This document shows, one piece after another, positions 16,603 through 27,268 of a stretch of 64,000 nt of DNA (positions within the stretch are counted from its first letter, which is position 1; each line of letters opens with the position of its first letter). This stretch comes from an uncultured Chlamydiales bacterium (GTDB lineage: Bacteria > Chlamydiota > Chlamydiia > Chlamydiales > Rhabdochlamydiaceae). The notes under the pieces were generated by a model. The model had not been told where the DNA came from. It saw nothing but the letters and a program-made list of their open reading frames with translations, and searched no databases. The position numbers and the translations under genes are program-made. The stretch covers positions 1,120,001 to 1,184,000 of the forward strand of contig OY969554.1 in assembly GCA_963700985.1 (NCBI GenBank), given 5' to 3'.

Positions 16603-19600
16603 CTATTTATAATACAGGTTCTCAAGGGGTATGTGTCCACCAACATTGACACCCCCCGTTTCTCCTGTAAATGGATTTATATATAACTCTTTTTCAAATC
16701 GTGCACTAGCTCTAGGAACATTACTATTAACATGTAGACCCTCTCTAAAACTAGCTTCGGGCTTAATCTTTAATCTCCAATCAAATTTGTTAAATGAGTT
16801 GAAGTTACCCCATGTTTCTGGTGCACCGGGTGAATTAGGAAATTTTTCCCAACCTTTGCTTTTTGCCCAGCCTCTTAAGATACGGATATTGTTTTGTCCT
16901 GTCTCTGAAAGATTTCGGGCAGCCTGGTGAAAGCGATTTAGTTGAAGTTCTTGAATAGCGGGCTTTGATATTTTCCGCAAGTCCATCATTCCTCTAGCTG
17001 CAGAGAAGCCCTTCTGAGCAAAGAAAGAGGCTCCTTTCACAACAGCTGCGTAAGCGCCGACTGCAAGCGTACCTAGTCCTATGCCGTCGTTCGTTCCGTG
17101 GCGGAATAAGCCATATCCTCTGTGGTTCATATCGCCAGGGAGGGCACTCTGCATCCAGCGCTTGCCTGACGCATGCAGGGCTGCGTTAGAGCGTTGAATT
17201 GATTCCCAATCTTGAGAGAAGGTGCTTCTACCACTCATCCAGTTGACAGATCGGAAAGGAACAGTTAGTCCCCAACCGGCTGTGGATAAGAAAGACGCGG
17301 TGTTGAGAGCGAAGTCGCCGATTCCATGTGCAGTACCAATGCCAGCTTGCTTGAAATCGTTGGTCGTGAAAGTTGAATACTGACGGCTGCCCAAGAGTCC
17401 GTAGAGATCTACGTGAGTAAGCGGAGAGTTTGAAACAAAGGCGTACATGTTGGGACCGGCATCGAGGCCAAGCGGATCTGGCGTGAGCCAGCGGCCGTAA
17501 TCGGAAAGGTAGTAGCGGCGGCCAAAGTAGACTAGGTTGGTTTCTTCATCGAGGCGTTTTGAGGAGAAGCGCCAGGGGTTGCGTGAAAGAGGTATAGGAT
17601 GCTTCGCTTCGCCAAATGCGGTGTAGCGATACTGTTCACAGGTTTGATCTGAAACCGAGACAAGCATGGCGACGTTGCCATGGATGTCATGCAGGGGTGC
17701 GTAGGTTTGGCCATGAAGTTCAAGCGCAACGGCTGCACCGATTTCAGCTTGAGGGGTTTTTCCGAGAATGCGCAGCTCTTGCAGTTTGCCACGAGCATCA
17801 ACGGCGCCTATTTCATTCTGATCATCGTAAAGATAAAAAACTGTCTGAGTGGGCTTCCAGAGGCCATTTTCAAAAATATAGACGGTTTTTGAAAGTCGTC
17901 GGTGATAAGAATCATAGGTGAACTTGAGACGCTGGGTGATGTTTTCGATGCTGATAAGACGATCCAAAGCATCGTAAGTATAATGCGCCTTAGCATGAGA
18001 GCTTGGGTTGCCATCTGGATTGTAAGTAAACTCGGTGGGCAGTTGATTTAAGCAATTGACTGCATAGGTAGAGGCGTCTTTCTGGAAACGATTGTAGAGC
18101 GAATCATAGCCATAGGTATGGTCTTTTTCTGAAACTAACTGATAGAGGTCGTCATATGCATAATCGAGTGTTTCATTATGGAGACGAGATTTGAGAATGT
18201 TGCCAACCTCATCATATCGCAGAATCTCGTGCGAAAAATAGCGTGAGTTATAGCTAATAGGTCGTCCTGCTGCATCGTAGGTGCGGTATAATTGGCCAAG
18301 GTTGCCAATCATCTCTTGAGAGAGAGGGTTCCCGGCAAGATCGTAGCTAGAATAAATGTGTGTATATTGGGCGTTACCATTTGAGTCGCGGCGTGCAACA
18401 GCGCGCAGATAAAGCGGATCAAAAGAGTAAGTGACAAATGAGTTGTCGGGAAGATCTAGGCGAGTGCGGCGGCCTTGTTTGTCATAGCCATTTTGAATGC
18501 TAAGATCCAAATTAAGATGATTGGATAGTGTTTCGCTAAGAAGGCGGCCTTTAGGATCATAGGTGCGTTTCAAAGTTGTTTTCTCACGCTCATCTCTACT
18601 TTGCAGTAAATGACCTAGGCGATTGTGGATGTAAGTATAATTGATCGTTTCATCGGAAGATTTTTGTGAGCGGAGATGATCAAGTGGATCATAAGTAATC
18701 GTAAGAGTGATGCCACTAGGCTTGGTCGTTTGAAAGAGCAAACCCTTGGGTGTATAGGCATATTCTGTAATTTTTTGCTCTGAAGTCCCTGCTGCTTCTG
18801 TAAGCATGCTGAGTCGATTTAGAGGACCATAACTCCACAATGTGGTAATGGTTCGATTGGGATTGAAAAGAGCGCTTTCTTTGCGGAACAGATTATCATT
18901 GGCATCATAGAAGCTCTCTTCTCGATAAAGACGTTCATTTCGCGAGTTACGTTTCTCAAATGTAGAACGCAAGTAATGCGAGTTAAAGCGCTCGATAAAT
19001 TGAAGACCCAGCGGATCGATAGTTGTCAGTTGATGTAGTTGATCGTTGTGAATAAAGGAGGTGCTATTTCCCAGTGGATCTTTGTTTTCAATTAGGCGAT
19101 TAAAAGAATCATATTTGAGAATTTCAGTTGATTCTTTTCCATGCACAAAGCGCGTAGTTGATTTTCTGTTGCCTGCTTCATCATAAGTGTAGGTAACTCT
19201 AGAAAGAATATTTCCATACGCATCTTCTTTGCGCTCTTCCAAGATATTATCTAAGAAATCGTATTCGGTGATGGAGAGAAGATTTTCTCTTTGGACAACA
19301 TTAAGTCTGCCTAATGAATCGTATGCGTAATCTACGCATTCTTGATTCTGCTCTTCGAAAATGATGCGGCCAGCACCATCATATGCGTAAAAGGTCGTGC
19401 TGCCTTCTGCATTGGTTTGAGCAATTAAGTGATAAGCATCGTAAGCGAAAGTTTCCTGCGAACAGATCTCTTCTTGCGAGGAGATTATTTTAGACAGGAT
19501 GCGTCCAAAAACATCGTAGGCATATGTTGTCTGTGTGCCATTTTGATCGATCTGTTTGTGGATAGTTCCATCGAGATTATAAATGAACTGCTCCTCCGTG

Positions 19601-21930
19601 CCATCTGGATGCTGGATGCGCATGGGTTTAGAGTAGGCATTATAGGTTGTGAGTGTGGTGTAACCTTGCGCATCGGTATGTGAGATTTCACAGCCTGCTG
19701 CATCATAGATCGAAGAAATAACGGATCGCAGCTCGCCCACGGCCTCTGGGTGGGTTTCTTTGAGATTGCCTAATGCGTCATAGACATAACGCGTCTCATA
19801 TCCATGTGGATCACGTGTCAAAATCTTATTGTTTCTTTTGTCATAAGCATGATGCGTAATGCGTATGAGGCTATCATCCCCTTCTTCCTTGGATTCAATC
19901 AGTCGATTCGAGTAGTCATACTTCATTTGCAGAAAACTACGGCCGCCGAAACTCTGAGAAAAAGTCTTATTCCCCACTTCATCATAAGCACTTTTAGAAA
20001 TCTGATTTAACGCATTAGTTTCTTCTTTTAGGCGTCCTTTCTCATCGTATTTGTACGTGAGGCTGAAGCGTAGTTGATCATTTGCATCATAGATGTCTTT
20101 TTGAGAAATCCGTCCGCCCGTTGTGTAGTGAAGAACAGTTTTCTTGAGAAGCTTTTCAGTTAGCCCATCCCAATATTTTTCTTCGAGAATTTGAGGCATC
20201 CCAAAATAAGGTTGGTCGCTTTTAGGATAAATACACTGGATAAGGCGTGTTTTAACATCGCTTAAATCATTCTTATCTGGTGTTGAACCATCATCGGTCA
20301 GTTCGCGGATCAGAATTCGATCGGCATTATACTCATAGAATTTCCGTCTTCTAACCTTACCTCGCTCATATGAGAGCTCCAAAGTAGGAAGATTAGTGCC
20401 TGGAAGATACTCATATCTAATGTCAGACCCATTATCTTCGCTGCGTCGAGTGAGAAGGTTTCTGCCATCTTGAGAATACTCAAAACGTTTGGAGTAGGCT
20501 TCGACGCCGTTTTCAATGGGAAAGTTATTAGAGTCGAGCGAAAGAGAAATGCCCTGTCCGCTCAAATTTCCATAGAATTTTTCTTGCACAACATTCCCAT
20601 GCTGATCATAAAAATAGCGCGTGGCGTGCATAGGTCTGCGATTTTCATCTAAGAGAATTTTGCAAAGCAGGTTCGATGCATCTGTTGCATTGTTTGATCC
20701 CCAAACGAAGCGCGTGCTATTGTATAGTTTTTCCGGTGTTGAAAACCGATCGATAGAAGTCAGGCGTAGATTTTCGTCCCAATAATAATGAGTTGGTACA
20801 CCCTCGGCATCAAAAACCTGAGTTTTACGACTTGGAATATCGTAATAGAATCTTCGTGTGGGTAAAGAATTAGCATCTGTTCCTACGGGAGCTGAAAGAG
20901 CTTTAACGCGGCAGTAAAGAGGATCGCTCATCTCTCTAATTTTTGCGCCATTGTCATTTTTACCAAGATTGTAATAGCTAACGTTGAGACGACGTGAATT
21001 TGGAAGGAAAATTTCCGAGAGAAGTCTCCGACCACCTTCGATATTTTGATATCTCATTTCTTCGGGAGGGAGATCTGAAGAATCTATATGATGCAAATAC
21101 CAGCCACCACTTTCTTTAGGACCATCACATAAATAGCGATATTGTAGAATGCGCCCATCACTCGTATGTACATCCAGATTGCGTGTGTCTAAATACTTAT
21201 GTCCTTTCTTCTCTTTCAGACTACCATGAAAGTGAAAGGTAGCTTGGGCATAAGTTTTTTGCCCGCTAGGATCCGCAGTGCGTATTGAAGTGATCTTTTC
21301 ATTGTCCCAGCTATAGATAATTTGATTACCATCTGGCAACCCCTCGGAAACGAGAATAAACACAACTTGCGAATCATCAACATCTCTGGCCTTTTTTTGT
21401 TCTTTGGTAAGAGCATTGTAAACTCTTCTGGTTCCATTTGGACAGTAGACGATGAGTTCCTTACCAATGCTACTTTCTCTGACATACTGGTTTTTTAAGT
21501 TGTTATTAGCAGAAAGGGCCCCTCGAGCAGTATTCGTAAGTCCTTTGGCATCCGTGGTTAAGTCTAGCGGCAGAAAGATCACTTCCTGGGGATTTTTCTT
21601 CTTTTTATGAGGCTCAATTCTTCGATTTGAATGATATCTCAAAACTGTGCCGTTCGGCTCTATCAATTTTAAGACACCAGTTGTAAAAAGAACCGCTTCG
21701 TTACCAGGAAAAAGTCTCCAGGTCTTCTCTCCTTTTGAGCTAATATACGTGCGCTTCAGATGCAAAGGCTCGACGCCTTGGACAACAACATCTTCTTCAA
21801 AACTAAAAAGATCGCCTGTAATAGCACTGACAAGGCCATCGACAAGAGAACTGGGATCATTCTCAGTAACAGCCACCTGCCCGAAAAGAGTCGTAGTAAC
21901 TGAAAAGAATAAAAGAAGAAAATACTTCAT
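16603..21930 (-). CDS. RHS/YD-repeat polymorphic toxin 2, with signal peptide and uncharacterised tip
   Basis: YD repeats and core end NPWRFSSKRLD...YFGRRYY...WLTPDPLG...NMYAFVSNSPLTHVDLYG. N-terminus MKYFLLLFFSVTTTLFG is signal-peptide-like. Confidence 0.92.
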   Translation of the reverse strand: MKYFLLLFFSVTTTLFGQVAVTENDPSSLVDGLVSAITGDLFSFEEDVVVQGVEPLHLKRTYISSKGEKTWRLFPGNEAVLFTTGVLKLIEPNGTVLRYHSNRRIEPHKKKKNPQEVIFLPLDLTTDAKGLTNTARGALSANNNLKNQYVRESSIGKELIVYCPNGTRRVYNALTKEQKKARDVDDSQVVFILVSEGLPDGNQIIYSWDNEKITSIRTADPSGQKTYAQATFHFHGSLKEKKGHKYLDTRNLDVHTSDGRILQYRYLCDGPKESGGWYLHHIDSSDLPPEEMRYQNIEGGRRLLSEIFLPNSRRLNVSYYNLGKNDNGAKIREMSDPLYCRVKALSAPVGTDANSLPTRRFYYDIPSRKTQVFDAEGVPTHYYWDENLRLTSIDRFSTPEKLYNSTRFVWGSNNATDASNLLCKILLDENRRPMHATRYFYDQHGNVVQEKFYGNLSGQGISLSLDSNNFPIENGVEAYSKRFEYSQDGRNLLTRRSEDNGSDIRYEYLPGTNLPTLELSYERGKVRRRKFYEYNADRILIRELTDDGSTPDKNDLSDVKTRLIQCIYPKSDQPYFGMPQILEEKYWDGLTEKLLKKTVLHYTTGGRISQKDIYDANDQLRFSLTYKYDEKGRLKEETNALNQISKSAYDEVGNKTFSQSFGGRSFLQMKYDYSNRLIESKEEGDDSLIRITHHAYDKRNNKILTRDPHGYETRYVYDALGNLKETHPEAVGELRSVISSIYDAAGCEISHTDAQGYTTLTTYNAYSKPMRIQHPDGTEEQFIYNLDGTIHKQIDQNGTQTTYAYDVFGRILSKIISSQEEICSQETFAYDAYHLIAQTNAEGSTTFYAYDGAGRIIFEEQNQECVDYAYDSLGRLNVVQRENLLSITEYDFLDNILEERKEDAYGNILSRVTYTYDEAGNRKSTTRFVHGKESTEILKYDSFNRLIENKDPLGNSTSFIHNDQLHQLTTIDPLGLQFIERFNSHYLRSTFEKRNSRNERLYREESFYDANDNLFRKESALFNPNRTITTLWSYGPLNRLSMLTEAAGTSEQKITEYAYTPKGLLFQTTKPSGITLTITYDPLDHLRSQKSSDETINYTYIHNRLGHLLQSRDEREKTTLKRTYDPKGRLLSETLSNHLNLDLSIQNGYDKQGRRTRLDLPDNSFVTYSFDPLYLRAVARRDSNGNAQYTHIYSSYDLAGNPLSQEMIGNLGQLYRTYDAAGRPISYNSRYFSHEILRYDEVGNILKSRLHNETLDYAYDDLYQLVSEKDHTYGYDSLYNRFQKDASTYAVNCLNQLPTEFTYNPDGNPSSHAKAHYTYDALDRLISIENITQRLKFTYDSYHRRLSKTVYIFENGLWKPTQTVFYLYDDQNEIGAVDARGKLQELRILGKTPQAEIGAAVALELHGQTYAPLHDIHGNVAMLVSVSDQTCEQYRYTAFGEAKHPIPLSRNPWRFSSKRLDEETNLVYFGRRYYLSDYGRWLTPDPLGLDAGPNMYAFVSNSPLTHVDLYGLLGSRQYSTFTTNDFKQAGIGTAHGIGDFALNTASFLSTAGWGLTVPFRSVNWMSGRSTFSQDWESIQRSNAALHASGKRWMQSALPGDMNHRGYGLFRHGTNDGIGLGTLAVGAYAAVVKGASFFAQKGFSAARGMMDLRKISKPAIQELQLNRFHQAARNLSETGQNNIRILRGWAKSKGWEKFPNSPGAPETWGNFNSFNKFDWRLKIKPEASFREGLHVNSNVPRASARFEKELYINPFTGETGGVNVGGHIPLENLYYK

Positions 21931-22000
21931 AAGATTTTATTGGTATCTTTACGAATATCCGGGGATTCTGTTCCAGGTAGTATTTTATTTCAATGAAGTA

Positions 22001-22041
22001 ATTGACTTTCTCTGCGACTTGTATTAAGAATTCTTCCTCTT
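22001..22041 (+). promoter_or_regulatory. Conserved promoter block of RHS3, shared with RHS1
   Basis: attgactttctctgcgacttgtattaagaattcttcctctt is 36/41 identical to the reverse complement of 10563-10603. Confidence 0.65.
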
Positions 22042-22084
22042 TGCACAAGCTTTCATGTTTTGTGTTTTCTTTTGGAGGGAACGG

Positions 22085-25000
22085 ATGATGCGCTATTTAT
22101 TGAGTCTGATTTGCTGCTTATTAACGGTGGGTGCTTTTTCTGAAGAAGAAGATCAGGATGCATTCATCATTTCTACTCCAGATCAAGTTGCGGCACTTTC
22201 AAGTGAACCAAACTATCTCATTGGTGGTTTGATCAGTCCTCTGAGTGGTCAGCCTGTTTTAAGGCAAACAGATCTTGTTGTTAAAGGCGCTCAGAACCTA
22301 AGCCTTAGCCGCACGTATATTCCGCCTTACATGCCCGTTGCTTTCGAGAAACATAAACATAACAAGAAGGAATGGGATAAGTATCACTTACATCAACATA
22401 TACGCGACAACTATAAAGGCTGGCAGTTTTTACCCCACCTGAAACTTCGGCTAATCTCTCGATCTATGGAGGTTCATCTTACTGATCCCAATGGAATGAC
22501 ATTGGCTTTTCATTTATCAGGTCCAAACTATTCAACAGCAACTTTAGCCTCCCCTTCTTATGCAATCACTAATACTGTAGGCGAGCTACCAAGTGGCAAA
22601 TATGATCCACGAAATACGAGAATTTCTTACGAAGATAACGGCAATAAACTCGTTGTTCATGCACCTGATGGAGCTTCTCGATTTTACTATAGAAAAGGAG
22701 CCGCAAGCAAACGTTTATACATTCTTGAAAAAGAAATTCTCCCTAATGGAAAAGTTCTCAAATACACATACGACGAGAAACTTAAGCTAATCTCCGTTGA
22801 GAGTTTAGATCCTAAAGAACGTTATGTCTATGCCTCTATTCGCATTCAAGAACCTCATGGTTCATTTCACTTCCTTTCTTCTACTGGTACGACTGTTGAC
22901 TATAGTTACCAGAGAAGGCCGATACACGTAAGAATCAAGGAAAAAGCCAAGGGTCGCGAAACTATTCAAGAATCTAATTACACCTGCCGTCCGATTCTTA
23001 CTTCTGTAAGCAGCCCATTTTACCGATATGAGAGCTTGAATTATGGAGACCGTTTTCTATTAGACTCATATTTTGGAAAAAATGAAGTTTTCAAATGCGA
23101 ACACGCAAGTTTTGGAGAGGGTGTTCCACATTTCAAGGTTCACAAACTCCTTTTGCCGGTGGGTCAAAATGACAGTTTTTATCCTGTGCATGAAATGGTC
23201 TATCAGCCACCAGTGGCTGGAGAAAAAGCCGGGACAACAACAGTTAAGAACAGTGATGGAACCTCAATCACTTATCATTTTTCAAAAAACCTTCTGACGA
23301 CGGCAATTCAATATTTCGGACAGGATGGCAAACTCAAAAAAGAGAAGATCTTCTCTTGGAGCGAGAAAAACTGGCTTAAATCTATTGAAATGCGAGATGA
23401 CCAGAACAACTCTCTCTACAAAAGATCTTACGAATTTGATGGATTTGGCAATCCAATTTCCGAAATCTTCGTCGGAGATCTAACGGGAAATGGCGCACAA
23501 GAGAGCTATACCATTACTAGAGAGTTTTCCCAAGATGGACGAAACCTTCTTCTAAAAGAAGCGCATGAAAGTGGAAAAGTCATCTGTTTTGCCTATCTTC
23601 CTAATTCAAATCTTGTCACTTCCAAGATAACGAAAGACGGTGACAGAATTCTTCTCCGTGAATTTTCAAAATATGACGATTGTCACAATCTCGTTCAGAA
23701 TATTTTGGATGATGGAGAAAGCTCTGATGAGAGCATCCTAGCTGGGGTTACTGAGCGAACGATCACAAATTACACATTGCGTCAGCAGGCTCCATTCCTA
23801 CATATGCCTGAATGGATAGAAGAGAAATATTGGGAAGGTGGCAGTGAAAAACTGCTGAAAAAAATTCATTTAATCTACGACCAGCATGGCAATATTGCAC
23901 AAGAAGAGGTTCATGATGCGGATGGGATACTCGCATACATCATCTACAAACAATACAACGAGCGTGGCGACCTTGTCACAGAAACAAATCGTTTAGGACA
24001 GCAAGCCACTTATACTTACGATCCGCGTGGACGACTTGAAAGCTCTCTTAATTTTTCCCAGAAACTGCTTAAAACTTTTCATCATGATATGAAAGGTCGT
24101 TTCCGCGAGAAAATAGAGAAAGGCGATGGCGAAATTGCTCATGCTTTCTCTTATGCATACGATGCTCATGATCGCCTAATTCAGAAAACCGAGCCTTTCT
24201 CTGATACAACACATTACACCTATGATCCGCTTGTCAGCCAGATCACACGGACAGATTCTCCTTCTGTGACTTCCGCGGATGGGCAGGCCATCCCAGTTAC
24301 AACTTTTGCAACTTATGATCCTTTTGGAAGAGAAGTAACTAAAGTAGATGCAAATGGCCATACAACGACCTACCGCTATAACGCATACGGATCACCGACT
24401 GAGATCACTTACCCAGACAGCAGCAAAGAATATTTCCGCTATACCAAAAAAGGAAAACTTGCAAGCCACATAGATCCCGATGGCCTTACCATTCAATACC
24501 AAAATGATCTGCTGGATAGAGTTCTCTCAAAAACTTACATCTCAGCTGACGGTAAAACACTCGCTGAAGAAGTTTTTACCTACAACGGTTTTAATCTCCT
24601 TACGGAAACCGATCGAGAAGGCAACCTGACTCAATACACTTATGATGGTACCGGAAGAAAGATCCGCGAAGAGTTTTGTGGCAAAATCACAAGCTTTAGC
24701 TATGACTCACTAGGGCAGCTTTCAATCCTTTGCAAATACAATGGAGACAACACCCTTCAAGTTCATTACAAAAGAGACGTAGAAGGACGTGTAATCGAGG
24801 AATCTCAAACAGACATCTCGAATCAGCTTCTTACTAGAATTTCCTATACTTTTGATGAAGACGGCAATCGAAATACCATTGTGCGTTACATCAATGGAAA
24901 AGAAGCGATTAACGCATTTACTTATGATGCTTTCCACAGGCTGATCGAAGAGCAAGACGCGCTTGGCTATGAAAGTAAAACAGTCTATCAAGAAGCTTAC

Positions 25001-27244
25001 ACTAACCAACTCGGTCAAAAAGTGTTGCAAACTTCGACAACTGACCCAAGAGGCGTCACTACTGTTGAAACTCAAGATGCCTATGGCAGGGTAGTCAAAA
25101 AAGAGGTCTTAAATTCTCAAAAAGCGCCAATCTCAAGTGCAGAAACTTACCATGATGCAAATGGTAATCTTACCCTACAAAAGGATCATTTATTCGAAAA
25201 TGAGCATTACCTGAAGACACAGTGCACAAAATATACTTACACAAACCGCAATCAGATAGCCTCCTTAATACGCGCTTTGGGAACTCCAAATGCCAGAAGC
25301 ACCACCTTCACCTATACGCCTTCAGGCAAGAGAGAGAGTAAAACTCTGCCCGATGGCATCAGCCTAACTTATGGCTATCACCCCTTAGGTTATCTTCAGA
25401 ATTTACAATCATCCGATGGGAAAATTCAGTTCACCTTCCTGCGCAACCGGTTGGGGCAACTCCTCTGCGCAACTGATGAAGTGCAAAAGAGCTCTATCCA
25501 TAGAGAACTCGATCCCTGTGGCAACATCATCAGAGAAGAGTTTCCAAGTGGCCTTACCCTAGAAAAAACTTATGATGCTTTTGATCGACCTCTGACTTTG
25601 ACACTCCCAGACAAAGGAGAAGTGATCTACACCTATGACCCATTATTTTTACGAAGTGTTACACGCACCTCTGCAGGTGACACTCTTTACACGCATAGTT
25701 ACGACCTATATGATCAAGACGGCAATCTTGTTGTTGAAAGCTTGATTGGCAATCTCGGTCGCGTGATGCACAGCACAGATTCCAAAGGTCAAAAGCTATC
25801 TATCAATTGCTCATACTTCTCGCAACAGAACCGCTTTGACCCTTGCGGAAATCTCGTGAGCAGTACTGTAGATGCAACTCCTCAAACCTACATCTATGAT
25901 GATTTATCACAGTTAACCTCGGAAAAAAGCAGCCCAAGTAGCTTCATTTACGCCTATGATTCTTTATACAATCGAACAAAGAAGAATGACCAAATCTGCG
26001 AAACCAATGAGCTGAATGAACTACTCAGCTCAGGAGACATCCGTTGCTCTTACGATCGCAATGGCAATCAGACCCAGCAACAGAGCTTTTCTAAGACTTA
26101 TAATTTTACCTACGACCCCTTGAACCGACTCATCAGAGCTGAAAATTCTGAAGTCACCATAGAGTTCGCCTATGATCCATTAGACAGACGCCTGAGCAAA
26201 ACCGTGCATTCTTCCTCATTCTGGGGAAAATATGTCGACGTAGAGCACTATCTCTACGATGGACAAAACGAGATTGGAGCTTTCACTAGCCCAACTTCTG
26301 TCAAAAACCTGCGCGTTCTAGGACTTACAAAGCCACATACCCTCCCCTCAACGATTGCCATCGAATTAGGAGGTCAGGCTTTTGCACCCATACTTGATTA
26401 CCAAGGCAGCGTGCGGCAACTCATCGATCTCTATTACAAATCGTGTACTGCGAGCTACAACTTCACTGCCTTCGGTGAAGAACTCAATCCAAAATATGAG
26501 AGATATTTCAACCCATGGCGCTTTGTCTCAAAACGCTTCGACCCCGAACTCAATCTTATCTACTTTGGTAAACGCTACTACGATCCAGCTCTGGCTCGCT
26601 GGCTAACAACAGACCCAGCTGGCTTCGTCGATAGCATCAACCTTTACCAATATGTGCTGAATAATCCATTCCGTTATTGCGACCCTGACGGACAGTTTCT
26701 ACAGCTTGCAGTTCCTCTTGTTATATGGGGAGCTGAAGCTATTTTTCCTGCACTTGCCACTTACGTTGCGCCTCTGATTTATGGAGCCGTAACAGGAACT
26801 ATTGCATATGGTGGCTACAAGGTTGTTCACGCATTAAATCAAGCTGGACAAAATACTTCCTTCAATCCGATGGAGAAAGCTTATATTAATAGATACATCA
26901 GTCAGCAAGAAAAAGCGGCAAAAATGCAAAGGAAAAAGAAGGGAGAAGTGGATGCGAAACTATCCGATGACCCTCTTAATGATCCAAATCTAGAAGATGT
27001 AAGTCATCCACAAGCCAAAGAAAAAGGACATCATAAATTTAAAGACAAGCGTACTGGTCAGATAATTGAATATGATAAAGCAAAACCGGGCTCACCTGGC
27101 CATAAAGGACATGATCATTACCATCGACCTAATCCAAATACAACAGGAGAAAATGATACCTACCTCGATTCAAAAGGAAATCCCGTTCCTGATGGTAGTG
27201 AATCTTCACATCTTTATCCGCCCGAATGGATTTGGTGGAAATAA
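22085..27244 (+). CDS. RHS/YD-repeat polymorphic toxin 3, close paralog of toxin 1 with a different His-rich tip
   Basis: Collinear with RHS1 from the signal peptide to NLYQYVLNNPFRYCDPDG, then unrelated. The tip has DHYHRPNP...YLDSKGNPVPDGSESSHL. GGAGGG RBS. Confidence 0.92.
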   Translation: MMRYLLSLICCLLTVGAFSEEEDQDAFIISTPDQVAALSSEPNYLIGGLISPLSGQPVLRQTDLVVKGAQNLSLSRTYIPPYMPVAFEKHKHNKKEWDKYHLHQHIRDNYKGWQFLPHLKLRLISRSMEVHLTDPNGMTLAFHLSGPNYSTATLASPSYAITNTVGELPSGKYDPRNTRISYEDNGNKLVVHAPDGASRFYYRKGAASKRLYILEKEILPNGKVLKYTYDEKLKLISVESLDPKERYVYASIRIQEPHGSFHFLSSTGTTVDYSYQRRPIHVRIKEKAKGRETIQESNYTCRPILTSVSSPFYRYESLNYGDRFLLDSYFGKNEVFKCEHASFGEGVPHFKVHKLLLPVGQNDSFYPVHEMVYQPPVAGEKAGTTTVKNSDGTSITYHFSKNLLTTAIQYFGQDGKLKKEKIFSWSEKNWLKSIEMRDDQNNSLYKRSYEFDGFGNPISEIFVGDLTGNGAQESYTITREFSQDGRNLLLKEAHESGKVICFAYLPNSNLVTSKITKDGDRILLREFSKYDDCHNLVQNILDDGESSDESILAGVTERTITNYTLRQQAPFLHMPEWIEEKYWEGGSEKLLKKIHLIYDQHGNIAQEEVHDADGILAYIIYKQYNERGDLVTETNRLGQQATYTYDPRGRLESSLNFSQKLLKTFHHDMKGRFREKIEKGDGEIAHAFSYAYDAHDRLIQKTEPFSDTTHYTYDPLVSQITRTDSPSVTSADGQAIPVTTFATYDPFGREVTKVDANGHTTTYRYNAYGSPTEITYPDSSKEYFRYTKKGKLASHIDPDGLTIQYQNDLLDRVLSKTYISADGKTLAEEVFTYNGFNLLTETDREGNLTQYTYDGTGRKIREEFCGKITSFSYDSLGQLSILCKYNGDNTLQVHYKRDVEGRVIEESQTDISNQLLTRISYTFDEDGNRNTIVRYINGKEAINAFTYDAFHRLIEEQDALGYESKTVYQEAYTNQLGQKVLQTSTTDPRGVTTVETQDAYGRVVKKEVLNSQKAPISSAETYHDANGNLTLQKDHLFENEHYLKTQCTKYTYTNRNQIASLIRALGTPNARSTTFTYTPSGKRESKTLPDGISLTYGYHPLGYLQNLQSSDGKIQFTFLRNRLGQLLCATDEVQKSSIHRELDPCGNIIREEFPSGLTLEKTYDAFDRPLTLTLPDKGEVIYTYDPLFLRSVTRTSAGDTLYTHSYDLYDQDGNLVVESLIGNLGRVMHSTDSKGQKLSINCSYFSQQNRFDPCGNLVSSTVDATPQTYIYDDLSQLTSEKSSPSSFIYAYDSLYNRTKKNDQICETNELNELLSSGDIRCSYDRNGNQTQQQSFSKTYNFTYDPLNRLIRAENSEVTIEFAYDPLDRRLSKTVHSSSFWGKYVDVEHYLYDGQNEIGAFTSPTSVKNLRVLGLTKPHTLPSTIAIELGGQAFAPILDYQGSVRQLIDLYYKSCTASYNFTAFGEELNPKYERYFNPWRFVSKRFDPELNLIYFGKRYYDPALARWLTTDPAGFVDSINLYQYVLNNPFRYCDPDGQFLQLAVPLVIWGAEAIFPALATYVAPLIYGAVTGTIAYGGYKVVHALNQAGQNTSFNPMEKAYINRYISQQEKAAKMQRKKKGEVDAKLSDDPLNDPNLEDVSHPQAKEKGHHKFKDKRTGQIIEYDKAKPGSPGHKGHDHYHRPNPNTTGENDTYLDSKGNPVPDGSESSHLYPPEWIWWK

Positions 27245-27268
27245 CCATTTACTAGAGTACAATTATTT

